Shown piece after piece: positions 20,494-30,642 of a stretch of 64,000 nt of DNA. The first letter of the stretch is position 1. Each line of letters starts with the position of its first letter. Source of the stretch: Alphaproteobacteria bacterium (GTDB taxonomy: Bacteria > Pseudomonadota > Alphaproteobacteria > SP197); contig OZ245842.1 of the NCBI GenBank assembly GCA_965228895.1, positions 4,032,001-4,096,000 of the forward strand, in the 5' to 3' direction. A program made the position numbers and the translations under genes. The notes under the pieces are model-generated. The model did not search any database. It was not told the origin of the DNA and was given only the letters and a program-made list of their open reading frames with translations.

Positions 20494-21525
20494 TCAGCCC
20501 TCGAATCCCTTGAGGAAGGCGACGAGATTGGCGCCGAGTTCGTCGCACACATAGCCGCCCTCCTGGACCAGCAGGCTGGGCAGCTCGCGGGCATGAGCAA
20601 ACGCGCCGATCGTCTCGCCGACCCTGAGGAAACCGTCGGTCGTCACCTTGAAGACGCCAAGCGGGTCATTCTCCTGGGCGTCGAAACCGGCGGAAACAAG
20701 AAGCACGTTGGGATCGAACCGGCCGATTGCCTCCAGAAGACCCTCGATGCCGGCGACAAAGGCATCGTCACCGGTGCCGGGCTGCATGGGTAGATTGAGA
20801 TTGTAACCGACACCAGCGCCGGCGCCGCGCTCGTGGGCATAGCCGGCGAACCACGGGTAGTAGTTGATGGGATCGGCGTGGATCGAGGCGAAGAAGACGT
20901 CGTCGCGCTCATAGAAGATGCCCTGGGTGCCATTGCCGTGGTGGACATCGAAATCCAGGATCGCGGCGCGGCCGAAACGCGGCAACAGGTGTTCGGCGGC
21001 AATCGCCACGTTGTTGAGGAAACAGAAGCCACCGGCCATGTCGCGGAAGGCGTGATGGCCGGGCGGCCGGCACAAGGCGAACGCCGCCATCGCACCGTGC
21101 AGAAGCCGGTCGGCGGCGCTCAGCGCGACATCGGAAGCCGACTCGGCGGCGTTCCACGTGCCGGCACCCAGCGGGCATGCGCCATCGGCCATGTGGTAAC
21201 CGGCCTGGCCGACCACGCCGTCCGGACGCGCGCTCATGTGGCGTCCGGGATAGGCGTTGGCGATGATCTCCGGCCCGGCGCCGGGCAGCGCACACCACCG
21301 TTCGTGGCCGTGCATCAGAAAGTCCAGATATTCAGGCGTGTGCACCCGGGCAATCGGCGCCAGACCGTGAGCTTCGGGCTCGATTAACGGGAAACCCGCC
21401 GCCGCGACCGCGTCGCGCAGGATCCTGCCCCGCTCGGGCACCTCCTGCGCGGCCGCAATCTGGCCGCGCACGACAAAACTTTGGGGATCGTGTTCGCGGT
21501 GGCGATCGCTGAAAACAACATCCAT
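20494..21525 (-). CDS. Histone-deacetylase family protein (acetylpolyamine amidohydrolase-like)
   Basis: RPPGHHA, GFCFLNN, DFDVHHGNGTQ, GFDA, QEGGY. Confidence 0.9.
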   Translation of the reverse strand: MDVVFSDRHREHDPQSFVVRGQIAAAQEVPERGRILRDAVAAAGFPLIEPEAHGLAPIARVHTPEYLDFLMHGHERWCALPGAGPEIIANAYPGRHMSARPDGVVGQAGYHMADGACPLGAGTWNAAESASDVALSAADRLLHGAMAAFALCRPPGHHAFRDMAGGFCFLNNVAIAAEHLLPRFGRAAILDFDVHHGNGTQGIFYERDDVFFASIHADPINYYPWFAGYAHERGAGAGVGYNLNLPMQPGTGDDAFVAGIEGLLEAIGRFDPNVLLVSAGFDAQENDPLGVFKVTTDGFLRVGETIGAFAHARELPSLLVQEGGYVCDELGANLVAFLKGFEG

Positions 21526-21578
21526 GACCGATGTTCCCGGTTGGGTGGCGCAACCCTAACGATGCCAACGTGATACCG

Positions 21579-23051
21579 CTATATCTGTCTCAACATCAGG
21601 CCCAGAAGCGCGAGCAACATGAGCGCACAGGCGAACGGCAGGGCGTGCCAGAGGAGGCGCTGGCCAGGCTCCTGGCTGGTCGAGGGAATGAAGGAGACGA
21701 TCACCAGGGCCAGCCACGCCAGGGCTGTGCCGATCCAGACCGTTGGATCCCTGACGCCGCTGGCCAGAAACACGATCGCCATCGCGGCCATCAGGTCGGC
21801 CAGCCAGATCTGATCGCCCCAGCGGCGCACGCTCGTGTTCGAGGCCCGGCGGGTTCCGACGACCGCCACGCTTGCACCGGCCGCCGCCATGCCGCCCAAG
21901 ACAATGCCTCGCGACAAGAACTGGTCGTCGGCGATACCGGGGACCGCGGCCATGCCCGCACCATAGAGCGCCGGCCCCGCCAGTCCGCCGAGCAGGGGCA
22001 CGGCCCATCCCGGCAAACGCGGCGCGCCGAACGGCCAGGCCGCGATCAGCGCCAGCAAGGCGAGCGCGCCGGCGGCAACCAGAAAGCCGATGCCGATCGG
22101 AAAGGCGACAAGGCCGGCCAGAACGAGGAGCGCCAGACACTCCATGCTGCCAACGGCCTCCGCACGCCGCCGATGGCGTTGCGCGACCAGCGCGGCGGCG
22201 GTCGCCACAAGCCACAGCGCGATCAGCCCCAGGACCGGCGCATAGAGCACCGGGGGATGCAACGTTCCGAAGCCATAGCCCATGTCGACGGTGGTCACCA
22301 TGAAACCCCAGGCGACAGCCAGCATGGCAAAGGCACCGGCTGGCCACCCGAAGAACCGCGCGGCGGCATCGTGGGGGAACGTCGGATCCCGACGCCCCGC
22401 CACAATCAAGGCGACGAGAGCCAAGAGAAACAACGGCGCCACGCCGTAGCTCGCGCGTTGCGGCGGGTTCAGGCCGGGCAACAGCGCGCCACGCACAGCC
22501 AGCCCCAGACTGTCGGCAAGCCAGGCGTGGATCTCGGGCCATGCCGCATCGATGGCAATGATAGCGGCAGCAGCTAGACCATAGAGGACCATTCGCGCCG
22601 CCGAGACCCGCGCACACCACACCGCAGCGAAGCCGCCCGCCAGCGCCACAGCGGCACAAACGACCACGGTTAGTATGACCGGTGTCGTGACGGCGAAATC
22701 GTATGAAAGCGGTGCCAGCCAGATTCCGACGAGCGACAGGGCCGCGATCACCGCGGCATCGGTCATGCCCAAGCCAAGCAGGCGGGAAGCCGCGACGGTC
22801 AACGCGAGGCCGGCCGGCACCCATCGAAAGGCCGAACTCCAGACCGCGAGCGACTGCCGCCACAGATCCTTGTAGCCATCACCCAGATCGCCGGCGACGA
22901 GCCACAGATCCAGGACGATTCTGATGCCGATGACAGCGGCCATCATCATGACCGGCTCGGCAAAGCCCTGGGCATGCAACAGTTGCGGTCCGCGCCACGG
23001 ATTTGGCTGCGGCGGCTTCGTGCGTGTGTTTGCGATCAGCGCTTGGCTCAC
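21579..23051 (-). CDS. Uncharacterised polytopic membrane protein
   Basis: 490 aa with more than 12 hydrophobic segments, filling the gap between known genes. No recognisable catalytic motif. Confidence 0.6.
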   Translation of the reverse strand: MSQALIANTRTKPPQPNPWRGPQLLHAQGFAEPVMMMAAVIGIRIVLDLWLVAGDLGDGYKDLWRQSLAVWSSAFRWVPAGLALTVAASRLLGLGMTDAAVIAALSLVGIWLAPLSYDFAVTTPVILTVVVCAAVALAGGFAAVWCARVSAARMVLYGLAAAAIIAIDAAWPEIHAWLADSLGLAVRGALLPGLNPPQRASYGVAPLFLLALVALIVAGRRDPTFPHDAAARFFGWPAGAFAMLAVAWGFMVTTVDMGYGFGTLHPPVLYAPVLGLIALWLVATAAALVAQRHRRRAEAVGSMECLALLVLAGLVAFPIGIGFLVAAGALALLALIAAWPFGAPRLPGWAVPLLGGLAGPALYGAGMAAVPGIADDQFLSRGIVLGGMAAAGASVAVVGTRRASNTSVRRWGDQIWLADLMAAMAIVFLASGVRDPTVWIGTALAWLALVIVSFIPSTSQEPGQRLLWHALPFACALMLLALLGLMLRQI

Positions 23052-23198
23052 AAAGCCACCGTATCTGTTCGCCCATAACGCGTTGCTTGACCCACGAAGC
23101 CCCCCTTGCCGTTTCGAATCATTCGCCGGGAACCGCAGATTCTAGGTGAACCGTGCCCTGCAGCGGCTAGGATAGTTATAGCCAATCTGGGAGGAACT

Positions 23199-24083
23199 AT
23201 GTCACGTCCGGTTGTTATCACCTGTGCGGTTACCGGCGGCGGCGATACCGTCGGCAAGCACCCCGACATTCCCGTCACGCCCGAGCAAATCGCGACCGCG
23301 GTGATCGATTCGTGCAAGGCGGGCGCGGCGGTCTGCCACATTCACGTGCGCGATCCCGAAACCGGCAAGCCGTCCATGCGCAAGGACCTCTATGCCGAGG
23401 TCGTCCAGCGGGTGCGCGACAGCGGCAGCCCGGTCGTTATCAACCTGACCACCGGCCCCGGCGGCCGTTTTTTGCCCGATGCCGAGGAACCCGCCAAAAA
23501 CGTCGATCCGCGAGGTTTCCGCGCGCCGGAAGAACGGGTCGAGCACGTCGAGGAGCTGAAGCCGGAGGTGTGCAGCCTGGACGTCGCCACCATGAATTTC
23601 GGCGAGAGCGCTTTCGTTAACGTGCCCCAGCACCTGCGCATCATGGCCGAGCGCATCCGCGCAGCCGGCGCCAAGCCGGAGCTTGAGGTCTTCGACGCCG
23701 GTCACGTGCAGCTCGCCCGCCAACTGGTCGACGAAGGCCTGATTGAGGCCCCGCCCATGTTCCAGCTTTGCCTGGGCATTCCCTGGGGCGCACCGGCGAC
23801 ACCGGAAGCGATGCAAGTGATGCGCGCGGCATTGCCGGAGGGTGCCCATTGGGCCGCTTTCGGCATATCGCGCACCCAGATGCCGATGGTCGCCGAGGCG
23901 GTCAACCTGGGCGGCCATGTGCGGGTCGGGTTGGAGGACAACCTCTATCTGGAGCGCGGCGTCCTGGCCTCCAATCCACAGCTCGTCGAAAAGGCGGCGT
24001 CGATCGTCAGCGCGCTGGGCGCCAAGGTCGCGGAGCCCGACGAGGCGCGTCAGGTTCTGAAACTCAACGGCCACGCCGCATGA
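23199..24083 (+). CDS. Beta-keto acid cleavage enzyme (BKACE/Kce, DUF849)
   Basis: ITCAVTG, HIHVRD, TTGPG, RVGLEDN. GGAGG RBS. Confidence 0.92.
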   Translation: MSRPVVITCAVTGGGDTVGKHPDIPVTPEQIATAVIDSCKAGAAVCHIHVRDPETGKPSMRKDLYAEVVQRVRDSGSPVVINLTTGPGGRFLPDAEEPAKNVDPRGFRAPEERVEHVEELKPEVCSLDVATMNFGESAFVNVPQHLRIMAERIRAAGAKPELEVFDAGHVQLARQLVDEGLIEAPPMFQLCLGIPWGAPATPEAMQVMRAALPEGAHWAAFGISRTQMPMVAEAVNLGGHVRVGLEDNLYLERGVLASNPQLVEKAASIVSALGAKVAEPDEARQVLKLNGHAA

Positions 24084-24841
24084 TCAAGGCGGATCTGGCG
24101 GGCAAACGTACGCTCGTCACCGGCGCGGCATCGGGTATCGGCCTTGCCACGGCCGAACGCTTCGCCCAATGCGGCGCCAAGGTCGCCTTGAACGATTTGC
24201 CCGGCAACCCGGTGCTTGACCGCGAGGTCGAGCGGCTGAGGAGCGCCGGCTACGACGTGCTGACGGCGCCGGGATTTGTTGGAGAAACCGCCGCCAGCGA
24301 GACCATGGTGCGCGAGGCGATCGCCGCTCTGGGCGGTCTCGACCACCTGATCAACAACGCGGGTACGCCGGCGACCAAACAGCCGATCCCGCCGGACGAT
24401 CTCGATGCGCTGGACGATCCGCTGTGGGAAAAGCTCCTGACCGTCAATCTGTTGGGACCGTTCCGCTGCGCCCGCGCGGCCGCGCCGGCGCTGAAGGAAA
24501 GCCGCGGCGCCATCGTCAACACGGCGTCGGTCGCCGGCATCATCGGGGCCGGCAGCAGCACGGCCTATGCGGCGACCAAGGCCGGCCTGATCAACCTGAC
24601 CAAGGCGCTGGCGCGTGGCCTGGCGCCGGAGGTCAGGGTCAACGCCGTGGCGCCGGGCATGTTGGATTCGAACTGGGAATGCGAATGGGACCCCGGCGAA
24701 AGGGCCGAGAAGCAGGCCCAGATCCCGCTGCAGCGAATCGGCGAACCCGCCGACTTCGCCGGCGCCATGCTCTACCTGGCCGCCGACGCTGCCTACGTCA
24801 CCGGCCACACCCTGGTCGTCGACGGCGGCTACACGATCTAG
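24080..24841 (+). CDS. SDR family oxidoreductase
   Basis: TGAASGIG, NNAG, YAATK. ATGA overlap with the BKACE gene. Confidence 0.9.
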   Translation: MIKADLAGKRTLVTGAASGIGLATAERFAQCGAKVALNDLPGNPVLDREVERLRSAGYDVLTAPGFVGETAASETMVREAIAALGGLDHLINNAGTPATKQPIPPDDLDALDDPLWEKLLTVNLLGPFRCARAAAPALKESRGAIVNTASVAGIIGAGSSTAYAATKAGLINLTKALARGLAPEVRVNAVAPGMLDSNWECEWDPGERAEKQAQIPLQRIGEPADFAGAMLYLAADAAYVTGHTLVVDGGYTI

Positions 24842-24857
24842 CGCCGGCCCTTAAGGA

Positions 24858-25015
24858 CCCTCACCCTCCCCGCGCTGCCCCGCCGGGCCCCTCCCTCTCC
24901 CGCAAACGGGAGAGGGGTTCCATCTTCAGAAAATCTATCCCTCGCCCCATGATAATGGGGGAGAGGGTTGTGCAGGCTTAGGCGCGTGAGCGCCTTAACC
25001 GGAGCTGGGTGAGGG
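24858..25015. repeat. Multi-hairpin intergenic mosaic repeat, family B
   Basis: Termini ccctcaccc/gggtgaggg. Inner stems ccctctcccg-caaa-cgggagaggg, ccctcgccccat/atgggggagaggg and taggcgc-gtga-gcgcctta. Confidence 0.8.
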
Positions 25016-25035
25016 GGAAGGCGAGCGGTGAACCG

Positions 25036-25998
25036 TCAGAGGTCCAGCTTCAGGGTCGGGCTCTTGGCGCGGCTGCAGCAGACCATGATGAACTCGCCGC
25101 GGGCCTTTTCTTCGTCATCGAGCACGAAGTCGCGGTGGTCGGGATCACCTTCCAAAAGGACCGTGGCACAGGTACCGCAGATACCTTCTTCGCACATGGT
25201 TTCGACCTCGATGCCGTTCGCGCGCAGCACGTCGACGATCGATTTGTCCGCCGGCACGTCCAGTTCCTCACCGGTCGAGGCGATGATGACCTTGAACGCG
25301 GTGTCGTCACCGAACTCGACGTCGGGATCGACGTTGAAGAACTCACGGTGGACGGTACCGGTCGGCCAATGCTCGGTCGCCTGTTCGCAGGCATGCATGA
25401 AGCCTGTGGGCCCGCAGTAATAGACGTTGGCGCCCTGGCGCACGTCTTTCAGCAGGCCGGCGATATCGAGACCGTCCGCCGGGTTGCCGCCGTCGTGGTG
25501 AACCGTGACCGACGCCTTCAGTTCGTCACTGGCGATGGCGTCCTTGAACGCCGTCTTCTCCGGCGATCGCGTGCAGTAGTGGAGCTCGAAGGACAGGCCG
25601 CGCCCGGCAAGGTCGCGCGCCATGGCCAGAAGCGGCGTCACGCCGATGCCGCCGGCCAGCAGAATGTGGTGGGTGGCGTTCTCGTGGATCGGGAAGTTGT
25701 TGCGCGGTGCGGTGATGGTCAGCGTGTCGCCTTCCTTGACATCATCATGCATGCTGGCGGAGCCGCCACGGCCCTCGACCTCACGCAGCACGGCAACGAC
25801 ATAACGGTCGACATCGCGCGGATCGTTCGAGATGGAGTACTGGCGCATCAGCCCGTTGGGCAGCTCGACATCGACATGCGAGCCCGCCGTGAACATGGGC
25901 AACAGACGGCCGTCCGGATCGACCAGCTCAAACGAGCGGATGTCCTCGGCCTCCTGGTTAATCTTGTCGACCTTGACGGTCAGGGTGGTGCCACTCAT
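25036..25998 (-). CDS. PDR/VanB family ferredoxin-NAD(P) reductase
   Basis: RQYSI, GRGGS, AGGIGVTP, YCGP, CEEGICGTC 2Fe-2S motif. Confidence 0.92.
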   Translation of the reverse strand: MSGTTLTVKVDKINQEAEDIRSFELVDPDGRLLPMFTAGSHVDVELPNGLMRQYSISNDPRDVDRYVVAVLREVEGRGGSASMHDDVKEGDTLTITAPRNNFPIHENATHHILLAGGIGVTPLLAMARDLAGRGLSFELHYCTRSPEKTAFKDAIASDELKASVTVHHDGGNPADGLDIAGLLKDVRQGANVYYCGPTGFMHACEQATEHWPTGTVHREFFNVDPDVEFGDDTAFKVIIASTGEELDVPADKSIVDVLRANGIEVETMCEEGICGTCATVLLEGDPDHRDFVLDDEEKARGEFIMVCCSRAKSPTLKLDL

Positions 25999-26144
25999 CG
26001 AAAACTCCTGGTTTCGGGCCTGCTCTAGCACAAGGTCCGGTGACCGCGCCATGGGCGAATTGAGGGCTAGGCGCCGTGTCCGTGATATAGGTCGGGCAGC
26101 CAAGCGGTACGACCCCCAACCAACACGGCACACGCCCTAACCCC

Positions 26145-27404
26145 ATGACGACTAAGGATATTGCCACGTTGCGCATCGACAACCTCGGGACCCGTGGCGA
26201 CGGGCTGGCGCCGTGGCGCGGCACGACAGCCTATGTCGATGGCGCCCTGCCCGGCGAGACGGTCGAGGCGCGCATCACCGGCCGCCGCGGCGATGGCTAT
26301 GCCGCCGTAACCAGCAAAATCCTGGAGCCATCGCCCGAGCGCCGTCAGCCGCCCTGTCGCCATGCTGCGACCTGCGGCGGTTGCGCGTTGCAGCATGCCG
26401 ACGACGGCCTCTACCGACGCTGGAAAGGCAGCCTGCTGACCGAAGCGCTGAGGCGGCGTGGCCTGGATGTCGAGGCGGTTGAAGACCTGGCGGTCGCGCC
26501 GCCGGCGTCCCGGCGCCGTGCGCGTCTGGGGATCAAACAGACCGCCGAGCGAACCATCGTCGGCTTTCGCGCGCGGCAAAGTCACCGCCTTGTTCCGATC
26601 GACGGATGCCTGGTTCTGACCCCGGCGCTGATGCAAGCGATTTCAGGCCTGACGCCGTTGCTTGGGGATCTGGATGCCCGGGAAATCGAGCTGACCGAAA
26701 GCATCACCGGCATTGACGTGGTCATGCATGGCGGCGCCCTGCCCGGACTTGCCGGCTTGGAAAGAATCAGCGCCGCTGCCCATGATGGCGACCTCGCCCG
26801 GATCGTGTGGCGCGACCGCAGTACGCTGACGTCGATCGTCAGCCGGCGCGATCCGGTTCTGGTGTTTGGCAAAACCCAGGTCGCCCTGCCGCCGGGCGCT
26901 TTCGTGCAGCCCACCGCATGGGGTGAGGACCGGTTGGCGGGCCACGTCGCAGCCTGTCTGGCAGGCGCCGGCCACGTCGCCGATCTCTATGCCGGCCTCG
27001 GCACCTTTGGCCTGAGGCTGGCTACCGATCACCGTGTCACGGCGTTTGAGAGTGTGGCCGCCATGGTGGATGCCATGAGCCGGTCGTCTGATCGGTCGGG
27101 CCTTGCCGGCCGTTTTGCGGCAGAGCACCGTGATCTCGCCCGTGCGCCGCTATCGGCCGGCGAGCTCGACCCGTTCGATGCCGTCGTCTTCGATCCACCG
27201 CGCCAGGGCGCCCGTGAGCAATCCGAACAACTTGCCGCCAGCCGGGTGCCTTGCGTCATCGCCGTGTCCTGCCATCCCGGCAGCTTCAGCCGCGACGCGC
27301 GTATTCTCGTTGACGGCGGGTACCGGCTCGACACAATCTGGCCAGTGGACCAGTTCCTCTGGTCCCATCATTTAGAATTGGTTGCCGTGTTCCGGCGCGA
27401 CTGA
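26145..27404 (+). CDS. rlmD: 23S rRNA m5U methyltransferase (TrmA/RlmD family)
   Basis: TRAM domain, CRHAATCGGC, AFVQP, DLYAGLG, DPPRQG, VSCHP, HLE. Confidence 0.85.
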   Translation: MTTKDIATLRIDNLGTRGDGLAPWRGTTAYVDGALPGETVEARITGRRGDGYAAVTSKILEPSPERRQPPCRHAATCGGCALQHADDGLYRRWKGSLLTEALRRRGLDVEAVEDLAVAPPASRRRARLGIKQTAERTIVGFRARQSHRLVPIDGCLVLTPALMQAISGLTPLLGDLDAREIELTESITGIDVVMHGGALPGLAGLERISAAAHDGDLARIVWRDRSTLTSIVSRRDPVLVFGKTQVALPPGAFVQPTAWGEDRLAGHVAACLAGAGHVADLYAGLGTFGLRLATDHRVTAFESVAAMVDAMSRSSDRSGLAGRFAAEHRDLARAPLSAGELDPFDAVVFDPPRQGAREQSEQLAASRVPCVIAVSCHPGSFSRDARILVDGGYRLDTIWPVDQFLWSHHLELVAVFRRD

Positions 27405-27478
27405 TCGGGGGCGCCGGCCACGCATCAAGTCGATGGTCGGGGCTAGCGGAGTCGGATTCTGGAGGGAGAAGAACGAAC

Positions 27479-27946
27479 GTGGCTGCGCCGATTACAAAAG
27501 AGGGTTTTGAGCGTCTTCAGGTCGAGCTGAAGCGGCTGAAGCATGACGAGCGGCCTGCGATCGCGCGCGCCCTTGAGGAAGCGATCGGTCATGGCGACCT
27601 GAAGGAGAACGCGGAGTATCATGCCGCCAAGGACAAGCAGGGCATGATCGAGGCCCGCATTCGCCAGGTCGAGGCCATCCTGGGTGACAGTCAGGTGGTC
27701 GATCCCAAAGCACAAGCGGGTGACACAATTGCGTTTGGTGCCCGTGTTACAGTGATCGACCTGGAGACCGATAAGGAGTCGACCTACCAGATTGTTGGCG
27801 AACACGAGTCCGATCTGGATCAAGGCCGAATCTCGATCAAGAGCCCGCTGGCGCGGGCGCTGATGGGCAAGGCAGTCGGGGATGACGTGGAATTCGAAAC
27901 ACCGAAGGGCGCGAGGGAGCTGGAAATCGCCGGCATCTCTTATTAG
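27479..27946 (+). CDS. greA: Transcription elongation factor GreA
   Basis: HGDLKENAEYHAAK, SPLARAL. Confidence 0.95.
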   Translation: MAAPITKEGFERLQVELKRLKHDERPAIARALEEAIGHGDLKENAEYHAAKDKQGMIEARIRQVEAILGDSQVVDPKAQAGDTIAFGARVTVIDLETDKESTYQIVGEHESDLDQGRISIKSPLARALMGKAVGDDVEFETPKGARELEIAGISY

Positions 27947-27973
27947 CCCCGCCGCCAACCAGGGAACGGCGCA

Positions 27974-29701
27974 ATGAACGACGTTCCCTATATCGACGAT
28001 ATCATCTTCTTCCTGGGCACCGCGGTGCTGGTCGCGCCGTTGTGCTCGCGGCTGAAGGTATCGCCGATTCTGGGTTATCTGGGCGCCGGCGTTCTGATCG
28101 GCCCTTCCGTGTTCGGGATCGTCCGGGTCGACGACACGACCCATTGGCTCGCCGAACTGGGCATTGTCTTTCTGCTGTTCATGATCGGGCTGGAGCTGTC
28201 GATCGAGCGGCTCCGGGTCATGCGCCGCTATGTGCTGGGACTGGGCTTGGCCCAGGTGGTGGTCTCGACCGCCGTCTTTGCCGCTCTATTCACGCTGGTC
28301 GGCTTTGGGCCCGACGCCGCCATTATCATCGGCTGGGCGCTGGCATTGTCGTCGACCGCTTTCGTTCTGCAAATCCTGAGCGAACGCAACGAGGTGGCGA
28401 CGCATACGGGCCGCGCAAGCGTGGCTGTCCTTTTGCTGCAGGATCTCGCCGTTGTTCCCATTCTCGTCCTGATCCCGTTGCTTGCGTCCGGCGAAAGAGA
28501 CATCTTGGGCAGTCTCGCCGAGGCGGCCGCGGAAGCCGCCATCGCCTTGGTCGCCATTTTCATCGTCGGCCGGTTCGTGCTGCGGCGCCTGTTTCGCCTC
28601 GTCGCGGCGACCGGGATCCCGGAGGTGTTTGTCGCGGCGACCCTGCTCGCCATTCTGGTCACCGGTGTGGTCACCGATCTGGTCGGTCTTTCCTATGCGC
28701 TTGGTGCGTTCTTGGCCGGTCTTCTGATGTCAGGCACCGAATTCCGCCACCAGATCGCCGCCGACATCCAGCCGTTCCGCGGACTGTTGCTCGGCCTTTT
28801 CTTCATCACCGTCGGCATGGGCGTGGACGTGCGGACCATGGCCGCCGACATCACCCTGATCGTGCCGCTGACCGTGGCGCTCATCATCATCAAGGCGATC
28901 ATCATCTTCTTCTTGGGCCTGGTCTTCGGTATGTCGAAGGACATCGCGTTCCGGACCGGCATGTACCTCGCCCAAGGCGGTGAATTTGCTTTTGTTATCC
29001 TTGGGTTGGCTCTTTCGAAGGGTTTGGTTGGATCGGATGTTACGAACGTTCTGATCGGCACTGTCGTGCTGTCTATGGCGGTGACGCCGCTGCTTGTCAG
29101 CCTGTCGCACCGCGGCGTGCGTTTGGTGATGGAACGGTCCGATGACGGCATTGGCGCCCTGCGCAAGGAGGCAGCGGTGCTGGATGACCACGTGATCGTC
29201 GGCGGCTACGGCCGTGTCGGTCAGACCGTGGCAGCGGCGCTCAAACAGCGCGGCATCCCGTTCATCGCGGTCGACATGGACGGCAACAACGTGGCGCTGG
29301 GCAACCGGCGCGGCGACCCCGTCTATTTCGGCGATTTGACCCGGGCCAGTGTCATGGGCGCGGCAGGCGCGCAGCGTGCCCGCGCGCTGGTCATTGCGTT
29401 GGACGGCGTCAGCACGGCCGAACGACTCATGCAGACCGTTAGAGAGCACTACGCGCACCTGCACGTCATCGCGCGAACCCGCGACAGAGAGCAGGCGCGC
29501 AAGCTGGAAGACGCCGGCGCGCGCGCGGCCGTGCCCGATACGCTGGAGGCAAGCCTTCATATCGCCGCGCACCTGCTGCGCGACCTCGGCGACGATGCCG
29601 AAGAAATCGAACGCCTGATGGCCGCCCTCAGGCGCGACAACTACGACCTTCTCGACCGGCTTATCAGCCACCCGCCGCCGCGCAGGGAAGCGGCCGAGTA
29701 G
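27974..29701 (+). CDS. CPA2 cation:proton antiporter (KefB/KefC-like) with TrkA-N domain
   Basis: LFMIGLELS, LLLQDLA, FFITVGM, QGGEFAF, GYGRVG. Confidence 0.92.
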   Translation: MNDVPYIDDIIFFLGTAVLVAPLCSRLKVSPILGYLGAGVLIGPSVFGIVRVDDTTHWLAELGIVFLLFMIGLELSIERLRVMRRYVLGLGLAQVVVSTAVFAALFTLVGFGPDAAIIIGWALALSSTAFVLQILSERNEVATHTGRASVAVLLLQDLAVVPILVLIPLLASGERDILGSLAEAAAEAAIALVAIFIVGRFVLRRLFRLVAATGIPEVFVAATLLAILVTGVVTDLVGLSYALGAFLAGLLMSGTEFRHQIAADIQPFRGLLLGLFFITVGMGVDVRTMAADITLIVPLTVALIIIKAIIIFFLGLVFGMSKDIAFRTGMYLAQGGEFAFVILGLALSKGLVGSDVTNVLIGTVVLSMAVTPLLVSLSHRGVRLVMERSDDGIGALRKEAAVLDDHVIVGGYGRVGQTVAAALKQRGIPFIAVDMDGNNVALGNRRGDPVYFGDLTRASVMGAAGAQRARALVIALDGVSTAERLMQTVREHYAHLHVIARTRDREQARKLEDAGARAAVPDTLEASLHIAAHLLRDLGDDAEEIERLMAALRRDNYDLLDRLISHPPPRREAAE

Positions 29702-29716
29702 CGCACGCGCGCCGTC

Positions 29717-30595
29717 CTAGGGCGTTTCGCCCATTCTCCGCCGCAGGTGCTCGCGATGCAGCACGTAAAGCCCGGCACCCACGATCAGCAGCACGCCGAC
29801 CATCGCGATTTCATCCGGCAGCGTGCCGAACACCACGAATGCCGCGAGCGTCGTGAACAGGATGTGCGTATAGGAGAGCGGCGCCAGGAGCGACGATTCG
29901 CCAAGCGAAAACGCCTTGATATGAAAGAAGTGGGCGGCGATGCCGATGGCGCTGATGCCCAATAAGAGGAGCCATTGATCGAGGCTCGGCCACTGCCAGA
30001 CCCAGGGCAGCGCGAACGTGCCAAGAAGCGCCATTGCGGCGACCGAATAGAACAGGCTGGTCGCCCAGCTATCATCGCGTCCGACCAAACGGGTCAAGAT
30101 GACATAGATGGCTGACATCACAGCGTCGATCAGCGGCAGGAAATACATCCAGTGACGGCCTTCCATGCCGGGCTGAATGATCAGGAGCGCCCCGATGAAA
30201 CCCACCGCGCACGCCAACCAGCGCCTGACGCCGACGGCCTCGCGAAGCAGAACCGCGGCGATCGCGGTGGCGAACATCGGCCAGACAAAAACGATCGTCA
30301 CCGCGTCGGCCAGCGGCACGCGGTAGAGCGAGAAGAAGAACGCCAGCCCGGCGATGACCAGGCACAGCGAGCGCGCCGCCTGTTTGCCGAAGTGACGGGT
30401 CCGCGCCAACGCCAGCGGCGAGGTCCTGAAGATGATCGGCAGAATCGTCACGGTGATCACCGCACGCACCCAGAGCACCTGGATCGGGCTCATGTTCTCG
30501 TACGCGATGAGTTGCTTGGCGAACAGCTCCATCACCGTGAAGAACCCGCTGGCGATCAGCATAAAGCCGACTGCCCGCGCGTTATCGGTCAGCAC
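29717..30595 (-). CDS. DMT/EamA family transporter
   Basis: About 10 TM, LLREAVGVRRW, LAPLSY. Confidence 0.88.
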   Translation of the reverse strand: MLTDNARAVGFMLIASGFFTVMELFAKQLIAYENMSPIQVLWVRAVITVTILPIIFRTSPLALARTRHFGKQAARSLCLVIAGLAFFFSLYRVPLADAVTIVFVWPMFATAIAAVLLREAVGVRRWLACAVGFIGALLIIQPGMEGRHWMYFLPLIDAVMSAIYVILTRLVGRDDSWATSLFYSVAAMALLGTFALPWVWQWPSLDQWLLLLGISAIGIAAHFFHIKAFSLGESSLLAPLSYTHILFTTLAAFVVFGTLPDEIAMVGVLLIVGAGLYVLHREHLRRRMGETP

Positions 30596-30642
30596 GATAC
30601 CGACCGGACACGCGCTACCGGACTTAGATCAGATTTGGGGTA

